Counted from the stretch's first letter, positions 29,146-39,481 are shown. The stretch: DNA of 41,997 bases from an uncultured Candidatus Saccharibacteria bacterium (GCA_964605735.1 CAZSDS010000002.1:4093-46089); one strand, 5' to 3'. The notes: generated by a model not told the origin, from the sequence alone. Translations and numbers: made by a program.

Positions 29146-29184
29146 GCGTTTATGCCCGTCGTTATTACCCGCGTTTATGCCCGT
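29146..29184. repeat. 14-bp direct repeat upstream of ku
   Basis: GCGTTTATGCCCGT at 29146-29159 and 29171-29184. Confidence 0.7.
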
Positions 29185-29191
29185 AATAAGC

Positions 29192-29719
29192 CTACAGCTT
29201 TTCGCCAATCACGTAAAAATCCTCAAACCCAGTGGGAACCGGCAATGCCGTGTTTGGTTTGTTGTTCGCACTTTCCAGCCTGGCCCCAATCAGAAACATA
29301 TAGAAATCGCCGCTGCCAGCCGGGTACTCCACGTCTGTTGCATAGTAGTAGCTGTACTCTGGGGTATTGAGCGGATCCCGCGGAGTCACGCCGAGAAACT
29401 GGGGTTTGAGAAACTCCATAAATTGCCCGTCTGACGAAGTGTCTATCGGAACAGTGATAATGCTGTTATTGGCCGCGTCACATCCTCCGACATACCCCGA
29501 AGTTGCGCAGTCTGGCGGGAAAGATTCTGTGTTGGTGTAGTACAGGGAAAGGCTGCTGAACAACTCTTTAATATCGCTTGTGCGCTTTGCATCACGGGAC
29601 TGAAGCTGGGAGCGCTGATAAGACACAGTGGCAATAACCGCCAAAACGCCTATTATCCCGATGACAATAAGAATCTCGATCAAACTGAAGCCAGTTTGTT
29701 TTTTTGTCTTTGGTTTCAT
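29192..29719 (-). CDS. Orphan type IV pilin
   Basis: TG|FSLIEILIVIGIIG; RDAKRTSDI. Confidence 0.9.
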   Translation of the reverse strand: MKPKTKKQTGFSLIEILIVIGIIGVLAVIATVSYQRSQLQSRDAKRTSDIKELFSSLSLYYTNTESFPPDCATSGYVGGCDAANNSIITVPIDTSSDGQFMEFLKPQFLGVTPRDPLNTPEYSYYYATDVEYPAGSGDFYMFLIGARLESANNKPNTALPVPTGFEDFYVIGEKL

Positions 29720-29997
29720 TGATGTTATTTATTCCATTTCCTTGCAGCCGCAGACACAGGATCCATCATCCTGGTGCACGTGCTGGCAAGCTGGACAAAC
29801 TATGCCTTCATCCATTTTTTTTAGGTTTAAAGCTTGCGTTTATTATAGCTTATTCTTACTTAAAGCAAAAACACCAGCCTTCACCCTGACAAATTAGAAT
29901 ACATTGGAGCGGAATAAACAAGCACGGTAAACAAAATACTTAAACTAAATAAAAAAGTGAGCTGGTTTCAGACTCACTAAAATACTGCGTCCATTTC

Positions 29998-30804
29998 TCA
30001 GACCGAGAGGATGCGCTCAGATTTCTCCGCCTCGGCAAGAAGCTGTTCGTTTGTGAACTTGGGGCGGAAAATCCGGCGATACGGGGAGAACGTTTCGTCC
30101 CAGGGACAGACAAACCGGACATAGTCATATCGCTTTGACGGCTCAATCATGCCAGTCATCACCCTTGTGTAATGAATGATCTGGCAATTCCTGATCCGGT
30201 ACTCGCCGCTTTGGTCCTGACTCTGTGCCAGGAACATGGCTGGCGTAAGCCGTTCCAGTCGAATCCTGAACGCCCACATGACCATGCCATGGCATACGAT
30301 GATGACGCGCATGCCTTCACACTCACGGTGCAGGGTTTGCAATACGCGATCAACCCGGAGGCAAAGCTGGGCCACTGACTCGCCGTTCGGCGGTGTCCAA
30401 TAGAACGGGTCGCGCTGGTAAGCCCTGTATGATGCTTCGTACTTTGCCTGCTTTTCAGCTTCCGGCATGATGTCGAAGTCACCCATGTCGCGCTCACGCA
30501 GATAGAAATCCTGGTCCCAGACGGCGCGGGGCAATTTCAGGTGCGCTGCCGTTTCCATGGCCCGGGCAAAGCCAGAAACCATGTACCTGTCGAATGTGAA
30601 CTTGAAGTTGTTCCGAATCCACTTGCCGGCCTGTTTTGCTTGCTCAATACCTCTGTCAGTTAGCCGGAACTCCGAACTGTGGCGATCCCGGAACTGCTCC
30701 GTGAAAACACTGTCGTCCCCTTTTTCTGAAAGGCTCCGGGCAACGTTTCCCTCTGACTCGCCGTGCCGGACCAAAACCAAATCCAACGGCATTGCCATTT
30801 TCAT
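29998..30804 (-). CDS. Histidine phosphatase (phosphoglycerate mutase family)
   Basis: LVRHGESEGN, LTDRGIEQA, LRERDMG, GES, IVCHG; GGAGG RBS. Confidence 0.93.
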   Translation of the reverse strand: MKMAMPLDLVLVRHGESEGNVARSLSEKGDDSVFTEQFRDRHSSEFRLTDRGIEQAKQAGKWIRNNFKFTFDRYMVSGFARAMETAAHLKLPRAVWDQDFYLRERDMGDFDIMPEAEKQAKYEASYRAYQRDPFYWTPPNGESVAQLCLRVDRVLQTLHRECEGMRVIIVCHGMVMWAFRIRLERLTPAMFLAQSQDQSGEYRIRNCQIIHYTRVMTGMIEPSKRYDYVRFVCPWDETFSPYRRIFRPKFTNEQLLAEAEKSERILSV

Positions 30805-30883
30805 TATCCTCCTTGGGCGCGTACGATGAAGTTATCGTTAGCTTTTAAAGATAGCAAAGCTGTAGCTCAACGTCAACAATCAA

Positions 30884-30922
30884 CAAAAAAGAGCTTATAA
30901 GATGAAAATCTTACTAAGCTCT
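30884..30922 (-). terminator. Intrinsic terminator downstream of the distal rRNA-trailer copy
   Basis: AGAGCTTA-G-TAAGAT-TTTC-ATCTTA-TAAGCTCT then TTTTTT. Confidence 0.75.
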
Positions 30923-31080
30923 AGTTTGCAAATAAATTATTCCAGAGTGAGCGAACTGATCAGAAATTTATTTCTGATCCAATGTAAGCGAGCGACGGCA
31001 AATAATCCACTCGCCATTTACAAGCACTATATTGGGAATAAGTTTTGCTATGAACCATTCACTTTCGTTCAGGTTCACAG

Positions 31081-31169
31081 CTAATTAACCAATTGTCTAT
31101 CGCCATTGGATGTTTTCTGCTTCGCCTTCGAAAAGACTCGTAAGAAAGATTCTCCTTAGAAAGGAGGTG
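31081..31169 (-). repeat. Direct repeat copy B: 16S anti-SD tail plus trailer
   Basis: 89 bp, 86/89 identical to 33010-33098 by manual alignment; an extra 17-bp block at 31031-31047 equals 32981-32997. Confidence 0.95.
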
Positions 31170-31303
31170 TTTGACGAGGACTTGAGATCAACAAAAGTAT
31201 TAACAATATATATTTTTACAGTTGACCTTATACCTCAACCGCTGTGTGGGTCAAGCCAAAAGTTAAAACCACCTGAAGGTGGTTTTAATACTTAAAAATA
31301 TAT

Positions 31304-31822
31304 TTATTCAGTCCAGGTCAAACTCTCAAAAATCGCTCTAGAGTTATCATTGTTCTTTGCCACAGTTACCGACAATACCTTATCGCCGTTTTGAACGTAA
31401 TAAAAGTCTGTTACGACATCATCTCCCTTAATCACGGCCTTAGATGCAGTTCTGCCGTCCAACTCAGTAGTTGTTACTGTGATATCTTCAGGAGAAGTAG
31501 TAGTAAAAGTGCTCTCAATAGATGATTCAGTAATATCACTCATATTAGCTTCTGAAACACCAAAGATAAATTCAGTGGATCCAATCTCCCTTACTCCCAC
31601 AGCTACAGAATCTTGAGATACTTCAATATCCCCACCTGCTTCAGAAAAACCTCTGACTTCATACTCTTCAGGATACTCAAAAGTATACTGATGCCTAGCA
31701 TTGCTGTAACTATTTGAAAGTTCAACTAATACCTCAGAGCCCTTGTCATCATTTCTATTTACTGTATAAGAGTATGCCGCTACTCCAACAACTACAACCA
31801 AAAGAATAATAAATTTTCTCAT
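31304..31822 (-). CDS. Membrane-anchored hypothetical protein (PsbP-like pattern)
   Basis: TM, YSNARHQYTFEYPEEY, TELDGRTASK; visibly AT-rich. Confidence 0.8.
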   Translation of the reverse strand: MRKFIILLVVVVGVAAYSYTVNRNDDKGSEVLVELSNSYSNARHQYTFEYPEEYEVRGFSEAGGDIEVSQDSVAVGVREIGSTEFIFGVSEANMSDITESSIESTFTTTSPEDITVTTTELDGRTASKAVIKGDDVVTDFYYVQNGDKVLSVTVAKNNDNSRAIFESLTWTE

Positions 31823-31947
31823 GTAGTAATTATCGCTGGCCTTGGATTTGTTTAATGTAGGTTCATTGTAGGTGGAATCACGCTAATTGGCAAACATTGA
31901 CATTAGCCCAAATAAATGCTATCCTATCATATTCAGAAGGAGGCTGG

Positions 31948-32208
31948 ATGGCAGAAAAAACCGCGAGAGTAGACACTAACCAAAAGTCCGAATGCGAATG
32001 CGGAACGATGGTCTATGTGTCAGAATGCTTCTGCGCCGGATGCGGCACACCAAACCCGCACTTCAGCGCGCAGGCATTCAGGCAGGACTGGGGTTCAAAC
32101 GTGGCAACTATGCGGCGCAACAATTGCAGCAAGATGCACAGGGACGCGAAGCGCAACAAGGATACCAATTTCTGCATGCTGTGCGGAACCAACCTCAGGG
32201 CCAAATAG
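31948..32208 (+). CDS. Small Cys-rich, double zinc-ribbon-like protein
   Basis: AAGGAGG RBS before the ATG at 31948; CECG, CFCAGCG.PN, CMLCG motifs. Confidence 0.75.
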   Translation: MAEKTARVDTNQKSECECGTMVYVSECFCAGCGTPNPHFSAQAFRQDWGSNVATMRRNNCSKMHRDAKRNKDTNFCMLCGTNLRAK

Positions 32209-32376
32209 CCCTGACACTGACCGTGGGATACTCTATTAAGGCCCAGGTTCATTTTTTTCAAATGAAAAACCTCCTAGAAAGGATGTGTGTACCTATTCCC
32301 TAAATCTTAGCCTTGGATTGTTTAATGTAGATTTTACATGAGTAATTTAGTGCAATGTATTGCATCAGGAGGCACA

Positions 32377-32631
32377 ATGAGGGAGGTCAGCGCGCAACGG
32401 TACGACGAGATTGAGTACCGAGTTCGAGACTCTGAACTATTCAAAGGCGGGCTCAAGCTTCTCGAACCTGAGGAAATGAAAGCTCGCTTGGCGGCTCTAG
32501 GAGAGGAATTAGGAATTCCCCTGAATGAGTTGCATGCCTTTGTCGCACAAAAAATCTTCGAGTGGAGCAAGGCTATGCAATTCCGACGATTCACTGACCC
32601 ACTGGGCATTCGGCCACACACCGAGCACTGA
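32377..32631 (+). CDS. Small hypothetical protein
   Basis: AGGAGG RBS before the ATG at 32377 (track start 32338); helical amphipathic sequence. Confidence 0.65.
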   Translation: MREVSAQRYDEIEYRVRDSELFKGGLKLLEPEEMKARLAALGEELGIPLNELHAFVAQKIFEWSKAMQFRRFTDPLGIRPHTEH

Positions 32632-32932
32632 GTGGTGGCGTCGACGACCTGCAATTTAGGTCGTCTTTTTTTACGTCCCAAAAAAACTCATTTTGGAATC
32701 TCCGTCATCCAAAAGAAAAAGCCGTGAGTCTCATGTGGAACCCACGGCACAAACCGTATGTCTCTGAGGCAGCATCCAGAATGTACTGAATACTGTTCTT
32801 GACCTCCGGAAACTCTTCCAGGATCCCCGCAAAAAAACATGGAGGTGGAAAGATGTGCTTTCCTGTTTTAAAGTGGTATTTTGACCCGACACGACCATCT
32901 CCTGCCCCCTCTGGGGCTGTTTTTGGGTACAT

Positions 32933-32960
32933 AAAAAGCCTCGCTATCCAAAGCCAGGCT
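32933..32960 (-). terminator. Terminator-like hairpin after the 16S trailer (copy A)
   Basis: AGCCT-GGCT-TTGGAT-AGCG-AGGCT then TTTT. Confidence 0.55.
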
Positions 32961-33009
32961 GGTGCATTTGCACTCAATTTATTGGGAATAAGTTTTGTCC
33001 ATTAAAGGA

Positions 33010-33087
33010 CTAATTAACCAATTGTCTATCGCCATTGGATGTTTCTTACTTCGCCTTCGAAAAGACTCGTAAGAAAGATTCTCCTTA

Positions 33088-33098
<11 letters not shown>
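33010..33098 (-). repeat. Direct repeat copy A: 16S 3' tail plus trailer
   Basis: Contiguous with the 16S gene; matches 31081-31169. Confidence 0.95.
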
Positions 33099-34549
<1,451 letters not shown>

Positions 34550-34756
34550 AAACGAATCTTGCGATTCGTTTATAAATTCAATCTTGCGATTGAATCTGTA
34601 AGAGTTTGCACTGTAATCAGTACAAACTGGCGTCTGACTTCGCTCGAAAGCTACATCAGACTTTGCAACTATTTTTTGTTAAAAGGTCAGCTGCAAAACC
34701 TTTTGTCCGAATACCCTCGGGGGAGGGCATTAGAACAGGGAAAGTATATTATTAAC

Positions 34757-34794
34757 TTTCAAAGAAATTGTTCAATTAACTTATTCCCAATAAA
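34757..34794 (-). promoter_or_regulatory. rrn leader: 5' strand of the 16S processing stem and boxA-like motif
   Basis: TTTATTGGGAATAAGTT (34794-34778) is the exact complement of trailer 32994-32978; TTCTTTGAAA boxA-like at 34766-34757. Confidence 0.8.
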
Positions 34795-34876
34795 CTGCTT
34801 GCAAAGTTTATTGCGGATATTCACTTGTGAAAGGACGCCGCCTTAACCCTAAAGTTTTCTCCTAGCCGTTTTCTGC

Positions 34877-34993
34877 TCCCGTCTGAGACGGGTCCGCCTT
34901 CCGCGGAACACAAAAACACGATCTATTCGTGTTTTTCTTGATATCCCGACATTGGGATCCCCGTTTATGAGACGGGTCCGCCACCAGGCGGAA
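34877..34993. repeat. Two palindromic repeat units in the rrn leader
   Basis: TGAGACGGGTCCGCC at 34884 and 34968, each within CCCGT..AGACGGG and CCGCC..GCGGAA hairpins. Confidence 0.7.
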
Positions 34994-35082
34994 AAGAAAA
35001 TTGGAGAATCTATTAGTCTGCGCTTTTTCCTTTTTTATATATGAAGCTCGCGCCCCATATTTAGGTTGTAAACGGTAAACAC

Positions 35083-35111
35083 ATGATAATATTTTTCTGA
35101 AAACCTGTCAA
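35083..35111 (-). promoter_or_regulatory. Sigma70-type promoter, probable rrn promoter
   Basis: TTGACA-17 nt-TATCAT just downstream of the cohesin-cluster terminator. Confidence 0.7.
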
Positions 35112-35150
35112 GGGCATCCACTTCCCGATTTTTACCGTTTTATAACCATC

Positions 35151-35181
35151 AAAAAAACCGCTTGTCTAAAGCGGTTTTTTT
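35151..35181. terminator. Intrinsic terminator after the cohesin-dockerin cluster
   Basis: AAAAAAACCGCTT-GTCTA-AAGCGGTTTTTTT, symmetric. Confidence 0.85.
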
Positions 35182-35198
35182 GGAAACCTTGGGAAAAA

Positions 35199-36518
35199 TT
35201 AGTTTTCGCCAGCCACGAACCAGTTCTTATTGAGGATCGAGTAGTCAACCGTATTTACGATGCCGTCCTGGTTGATGTCGGCCAGCGCATCGGTACCGAA
35301 CCATTTGCTGTTCATGTTGGAAAAGTCCAGCGAGTTGACGATGTTATCCCCTGTCAGATCTCCTGCCAGCAGAACCGGATAAGTCAATGAAGTCGGCAAT
35401 GAGCTGAAGCTGTACGGGCCTAAAATTCGAGTCAGGTAGCCGAGCACAGTAACTTTCATGTAAACATTCTGAGGCGGAACCGTGACCGAAATGAAAGCTT
35501 GTCCGGAAGTATTGGTGGTAAAATTGCTTTGGGTCAGCACGCCTTTGTTTGAATTCAGTACTTCAATCTTTCCGCTGCCCACCTTGCTTGATCGCCCTTC
35601 AAAGCTCAAAGCAATGGTTGTTGATTTTGAAACTTGGTTGGATACGGTTGCGGTCACGGCTGATGAGGTTGTGGTCAGGCCAGAGTTGTCGCGGGCAACG
35701 GCTGTGAATGAGTGGGATCCGTTAGTGGCGCCGTTTGAATCCCAGCTGACTGAGTATGGACTAGACGTGTCTTCCGAACCGACGTTATTGCCATCCACCT
35801 TAAACTGTACCCCGGCAATGCCCTGGGCATCAGACGCGTTCGCGGTAAGGTTTATGGTGCCGCTAACCGTGCTGGAAGCTGTAGGGTTGGTGATGGATAC
35901 TGTTGGCGGGGTCGCATCTCCTGTGATGGAAAGTCCCTGGACAATGGAAAGTTTGTCCACGCCGCCGGCAGAAACGTTTGTGTCAGTAGTACTGCCTGGA
36001 GTGAAGTCAAAATTGACGCTGGAAGTGCCGCTTGCGGTTGCCCGGAAAGTAATGGTCGCAATTTTACCGGTACCCTGGAAAGTGGTGCCGCCAGAGGTTG
36101 CCTGTGAAAGCTGAATAGTACCAGTGGTGTTATTGACGGAATTTGTAATAGTTACAGGCAAAAGGCTGGTAGTGGCAATTTGCACGCCTGACTGTGAAGA
36201 ATTTGAGTCAACAACCTGAACAAGGCTAGGGTTAAACTTCAAAGAAAAAATATCCAGCCCGTCTATGCTCTCCCCGCCCGTATCAAGCATGACATCCACG
36301 GTGAAATTCTGATTGGTGGCTGTGGTAACTGTGGCCGGATTCAACTTAAGCGAAGTTGTGGAGGAGGCTCCCGACAAATTCCAGTCCACACCCAAGTCCA
36401 TGTCGCCCTTATACTTCTCTACCTGTTTGATAATCAGGTACGTCACAGAAACGCCAACAAGCAGCAATACCAGAATGTACCAGTTGGAGTTAATGCGATT
36501 TTTTGATGATTTTGGCAT
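35199..36518 (-). CDS. Membrane-anchored cohesin + Ig-like + beta-sandwich + dockerin protein
   Basis: TM; FTVDVMLDT...LKFNPSLVQVV...GKIATITFRA cohesin-like; DATPPTVSITNP...GVQFKVDG Ig-like; C-terminal duplicated DLTGDNIVNSLDF / DINQDGIVNTVDY. Confidence 0.88.
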   Translation of the reverse strand: MPKSSKNRINSNWYILVLLLVGVSVTYLIIKQVEKYKGDMDLGVDWNLSGASSTTSLKLNPATVTTATNQNFTVDVMLDTGGESIDGLDIFSLKFNPSLVQVVDSNSSQSGVQIATTSLLPVTITNSVNNTTGTIQLSQATSGGTTFQGTGKIATITFRATASGTSSVNFDFTPGSTTDTNVSAGGVDKLSIVQGLSITGDATPPTVSITNPTASSTVSGTINLTANASDAQGIAGVQFKVDGNNVGSEDTSSPYSVSWDSNGATNGSHSFTAVARDNSGLTTTSSAVTATVSNQVSKSTTIALSFEGRSSKVGSGKIEVLNSNKGVLTQSNFTTNTSGQAFISVTVPPQNVYMKVTVLGYLTRILGPYSFSSLPTSLTYPVLLAGDLTGDNIVNSLDFSNMNSKWFGTDALADINQDGIVNTVDYSILNKNWFVAGEN

Positions 36519-36536
36519 CTTAGTTTTGTTTTAGTT

Positions 36537-37154
36537 TTATTCAATTGAAATTGACGAACCTTGCACCACTGTCAGGATTTCTTTCCCGTCAGCGGAAACG
36601 TTTGTGTCTTTCGTGCTTCCTGCTTCAAAATCCATGGCCACTTCGGTTGAGCCGGTTGCAATGGCCTTAAAGACCACAGTTGCAAGCTTTCCCTCGCCGG
36701 AGTATTTTTGGCCGCCGGTTGTAACCTGGGAGAAGATTATGGTTCCATTGGTGTTGTCAGCCATATTGGCAATAGTATTGCCAAACAGTGACTCTGATAC
36801 TGCTTGAACACCTGCTGTCTGATTGTCCGCATCAACGACTTGGACAACAGAGGGATCAAACCTCAAGTAGAACAGATCCACTCCATCAATGCTCTGCCCA
36901 GCCGTGTTCAACATGACATCAACGCTAAACTCTTCCTCCTTGGAGACTGTCAGATTATCTGGTTCCAAAATAAGGGAAACAGATTCTCCTGCCTGCATGC
37001 CTGGATTAACCACCTGGTTTGTGCCCTGTGGATTCTTGTCCGGACCAAAGAGCCATGCAATAAGAACCGAAATCACCAAAATGACCACCAAAACCGCCAA
37101 ACTCTTATATTTCTGGCTGTTTTGGGAATTCGACGAACTGCTAAATTGTTCCAT
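36537..37154 (-). CDS. Membrane-anchored single-cohesin protein
   Basis: TM then FSVDVMLNT...LRFDPSVVQVV...GKLATVVFKA; clear paralog of the neighbour's cohesin. Confidence 0.88.
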   Translation of the reverse strand: MEQFSSSSNSQNSQKYKSLAVLVVILVISVLIAWLFGPDKNPQGTNQVVNPGMQAGESVSLILEPDNLTVSKEEEFSVDVMLNTAGQSIDGVDLFYLRFDPSVVQVVDADNQTAGVQAVSESLFGNTIANMADNTNGTIIFSQVTTGGQKYSGEGKLATVVFKAIATGSTEVAMDFEAGSTKDTNVSADGKEILTVVQGSSISIE

Positions 37155-37270
37155 ATTTTTATGTCTTTTTACGGTTGTCGCCCGTTTGATTAATTATGAT
37201 ACATAACAAATAAAAACACAAATTTTGGCTTTGTTAAGCACTTTCTCCGGGTTTGTGTCAGGTCATATGT

Positions 37271-39457
37271 CTAGTTCGTCTTAAGCCAATTTGAATTCAT
37301 GATCGACCAGTCCAGAGTGTTAACCAATCCGTCCTTATTAATGTCAGCTACCGGATCAGAGGTCAGCCATTTGGAATTCATCATGGACCAGTCCACGGTG
37401 TTAACTATTCCGTCATTGTTCAAGTCCCCCAACAGCGCTGACAAACCCGTGCCGGACAAACTTACAGTGTGAACTTTGCCGCTTGTTTCAGTCAAAGTCA
37501 GCTGGCCGGTGCGCAATCCGCCTGAGATTGGAGAAAAAGCCACATAAACGTCACAATGCGTACCAGGCTGGATTCCCTGTGTGCAGAAATTTTGGATTAT
37601 TTTGTAGTCACCTGAAATATTTGCACTGCCAATAGAGACGGATGTGCTTCCTGAATTCGTGACTGAAACCATTTGGCTGGAAGAGGTCAAACCAACATTA
37701 ACAGACCCGAAATTCAGAGAGGTTGGAGCAATGGACGTTGCAGCCCCACTTGGCGGAGGAGGTGGCGGCGGTGGCGGTTGCGGCGGCGGAACCACTAGTG
37801 GTGGCGTTGCGCCCCAAGTACCGGTCACGACGTTAGCGGTCATGCTCTGCAAGGTAACGAAATCAACGCCCGGATCTTTTCCGTCAGTACCAGCGTTTTT
37901 GTACGGACTGCTGGAAGCCAGTGAATAATCGCCCCCGGCATAATTGACAAAACCCACATTGGCAAAAGACGAAGGAAAGAAATTACCCGCTGGATACGCC
38001 CCGGAATACCTGCCAGTAGCTATGTTCTTCAAAAAAACATAACCGGGAAAATACTTGTTCAAGGCAGGAACACCCTCACTGCTGTCATCACCGTTAAAAC
38101 CATAATCAGCCGGCGAATATATGTTGTTAGTGAAAACGAAATTCTGGTGAGTTAACCCGTATGCCTGGTAAACGCTGTAAGAGTTGAATATGGTGTTGTG
38201 GTCAATCGTCAGATCCCTGACACCATTGGACTGAAAACCTCTCACCAGGTTAGTCATCAGGTTGTTTTGAATGATCACCCGGGTGGTCTGCTGGCTGACC
38301 GCCAAATCATCAGTTCCAAGAATGTTTATGCCAATATCAACGTTCCTGATGATGTTGTAGCGAAAAACCACGTCGCGAACCACACACCAGGTGCATGTTC
38401 CGTTCTGGTTGCGGGGAGTGAAAACTATAGTGGAACCAGACTGGCCTTGCCCGCCCCAGTTGTGTTCGAAGATATTTCCTTCCAGCAAAACGCGCTGGGC
38501 GTTTTTAAGCTCAAAACTGTTTTTGACGACACGCCATCTTTGGTCGTAAGTCGGATGGTTGAATTTCCAGGAAAGCGGCTTGTAAACATAATTGTTCCTG
38601 AATTCAACGTCAGAGGTGATAAGGTTTGGAATGGACGGATCAGCTCCGCCAAACATGACATTCTCCCCTGCCGCCTCCAGATAATTGTTGACTATTTTAA
38701 ACGGACCCGGACCATTCCACCCGCCGATCGCCTGGGAGTCGGCTCCGTTGTCAGTGCAGTTGGAAATGTATGAATCTATGATGGCTGTATGCGACGAATT
38801 CAGGGCGACACACCGCCTGAGATAGCTGGTGGAATCGCCGTGCGCGTAAACGCGGTCAAGCACCAGGTTGTTGGCAATAGTTGAAAGTGAGGTTGGATTA
38901 AAATCCCCCAGCGCAATAAGGTTGGTTTCCGTCACGGACGGACTGACCTTGGCAAACTCTATCCCAATAATGCGGTAATGATGGGCGCTTGGGGCAGTCA
39001 TCAGCGCAGTTTGGTTTCCGCCAGGAGAGACAATTTTAGCCATAAGACTGGCATGCTGCGGCCCGACTCTGTTCCCCGGAGCAGGAAGCTCAGAAGCGCG
39101 CGAAGACCTGATGACAATCCAGCCGCTGCCGGATTTACTCTTCAAAACCACAGGGCCTGTGTAAGTTGCCCCAGCCTGGAGCACTATCGTGTCTCCAAAA
39201 TTCGCCGAATCAATTGCGGCCTGCAGGTTGCCCCCGGCAGGCACGTTAATGGTTGCGCCTGTCTGGTTTGGCATAGTTGTATCAATACAACTTTGCAGAG
39301 GTGTTTGACACACTGCAGCTTTGGAGGTATTCAAGGTTATTTGAATTTCAGTAATAACCCAAAACGAATAGACTGCCACCAAAATGCTAAGCACAAAAAT
39401 AACCCACATCCAAAAAGGACTGTTCTGAACAAATTTGTTGTATTTTTTTTGAACCAT
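37271..39457 (-). CDS. Right-handed beta-helix (pectin lyase fold) protein with Pro linker, ASH-like Ig domain and C-terminal dockerin
   Basis: LQAAIDSANFGDTIVL, stacked IVNNY/FRNNY/LEGNIF repeats, PTSLNFGSVNVG Ig-like, DLNNDGIVNTVDW / DINKDGLVNTLDW. Confidence 0.9.
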   Translation of the reverse strand: MVQKKYNKFVQNSPFWMWVIFVLSILVAVYSFWVITEIQITLNTSKAAVCQTPLQSCIDTTMPNQTGATINVPAGGNLQAAIDSANFGDTIVLQAGATYTGPVVLKSKSGSGWIVIRSSRASELPAPGNRVGPQHASLMAKIVSPGGNQTALMTAPSAHHYRIIGIEFAKVSPSVTETNLIALGDFNPTSLSTIANNLVLDRVYAHGDSTSYLRRCVALNSSHTAIIDSYISNCTDNGADSQAIGGWNGPGPFKIVNNYLEAAGENVMFGGADPSIPNLITSDVEFRNNYVYKPLSWKFNHPTYDQRWRVVKNSFELKNAQRVLLEGNIFEHNWGGQGQSGSTIVFTPRNQNGTCTWCVVRDVVFRYNIIRNVDIGINILGTDDLAVSQQTTRVIIQNNLMTNLVRGFQSNGVRDLTIDHNTIFNSYSVYQAYGLTHQNFVFTNNIYSPADYGFNGDDSSEGVPALNKYFPGYVFLKNIATGRYSGAYPAGNFFPSSFANVGFVNYAGGDYSLASSSPYKNAGTDGKDPGVDFVTLQSMTANVVTGTWGATPPLVVPPPQPPPPPPPPPSGAATSIAPTSLNFGSVNVGLTSSSQMVSVTNSGSTSVSIGSANISGDYKIIQNFCTQGIQPGTHCDVYVAFSPISGGLRTGQLTLTETSGKVHTVSLSGTGLSALLGDLNNDGIVNTVDWSMMNSKWLTSDPVADINKDGLVNTLDWSIMNSNWLKTN

Positions 39458-39481
39458 AATTAGAAGCTGTTCCTGGGATTT

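Larger units (their letters stand above)
31170..33009. mobile_element. Candidate integrated cargo segment between 16S-tail direct repeats (no integrase seen)
   Basis: Flanked by 89-bp direct repeats 1929 bp apart; carries three small hypothetical genes. Confidence 0.45.

Noticed and set aside
25567-29900. Ku-ligD as an island integrated at tRNA-Ile
   Set aside because: I found no duplicated tRNA 3' end and no integrase.
31081-31169. Second 16S rRNA gene
   Set aside because: Only about the last 12 nt of 16S are present; the upstream sequence is unrelated to rRNA.
32640-33005. ORFs 32705-32977 (-), 32799-33005 (+) and 32334-32681 (-)
   Set aside because: They overlap the rRNA trailer, terminator or a better-supported gene, and lack recognisable motifs; a decayed gene cannot be excluded.
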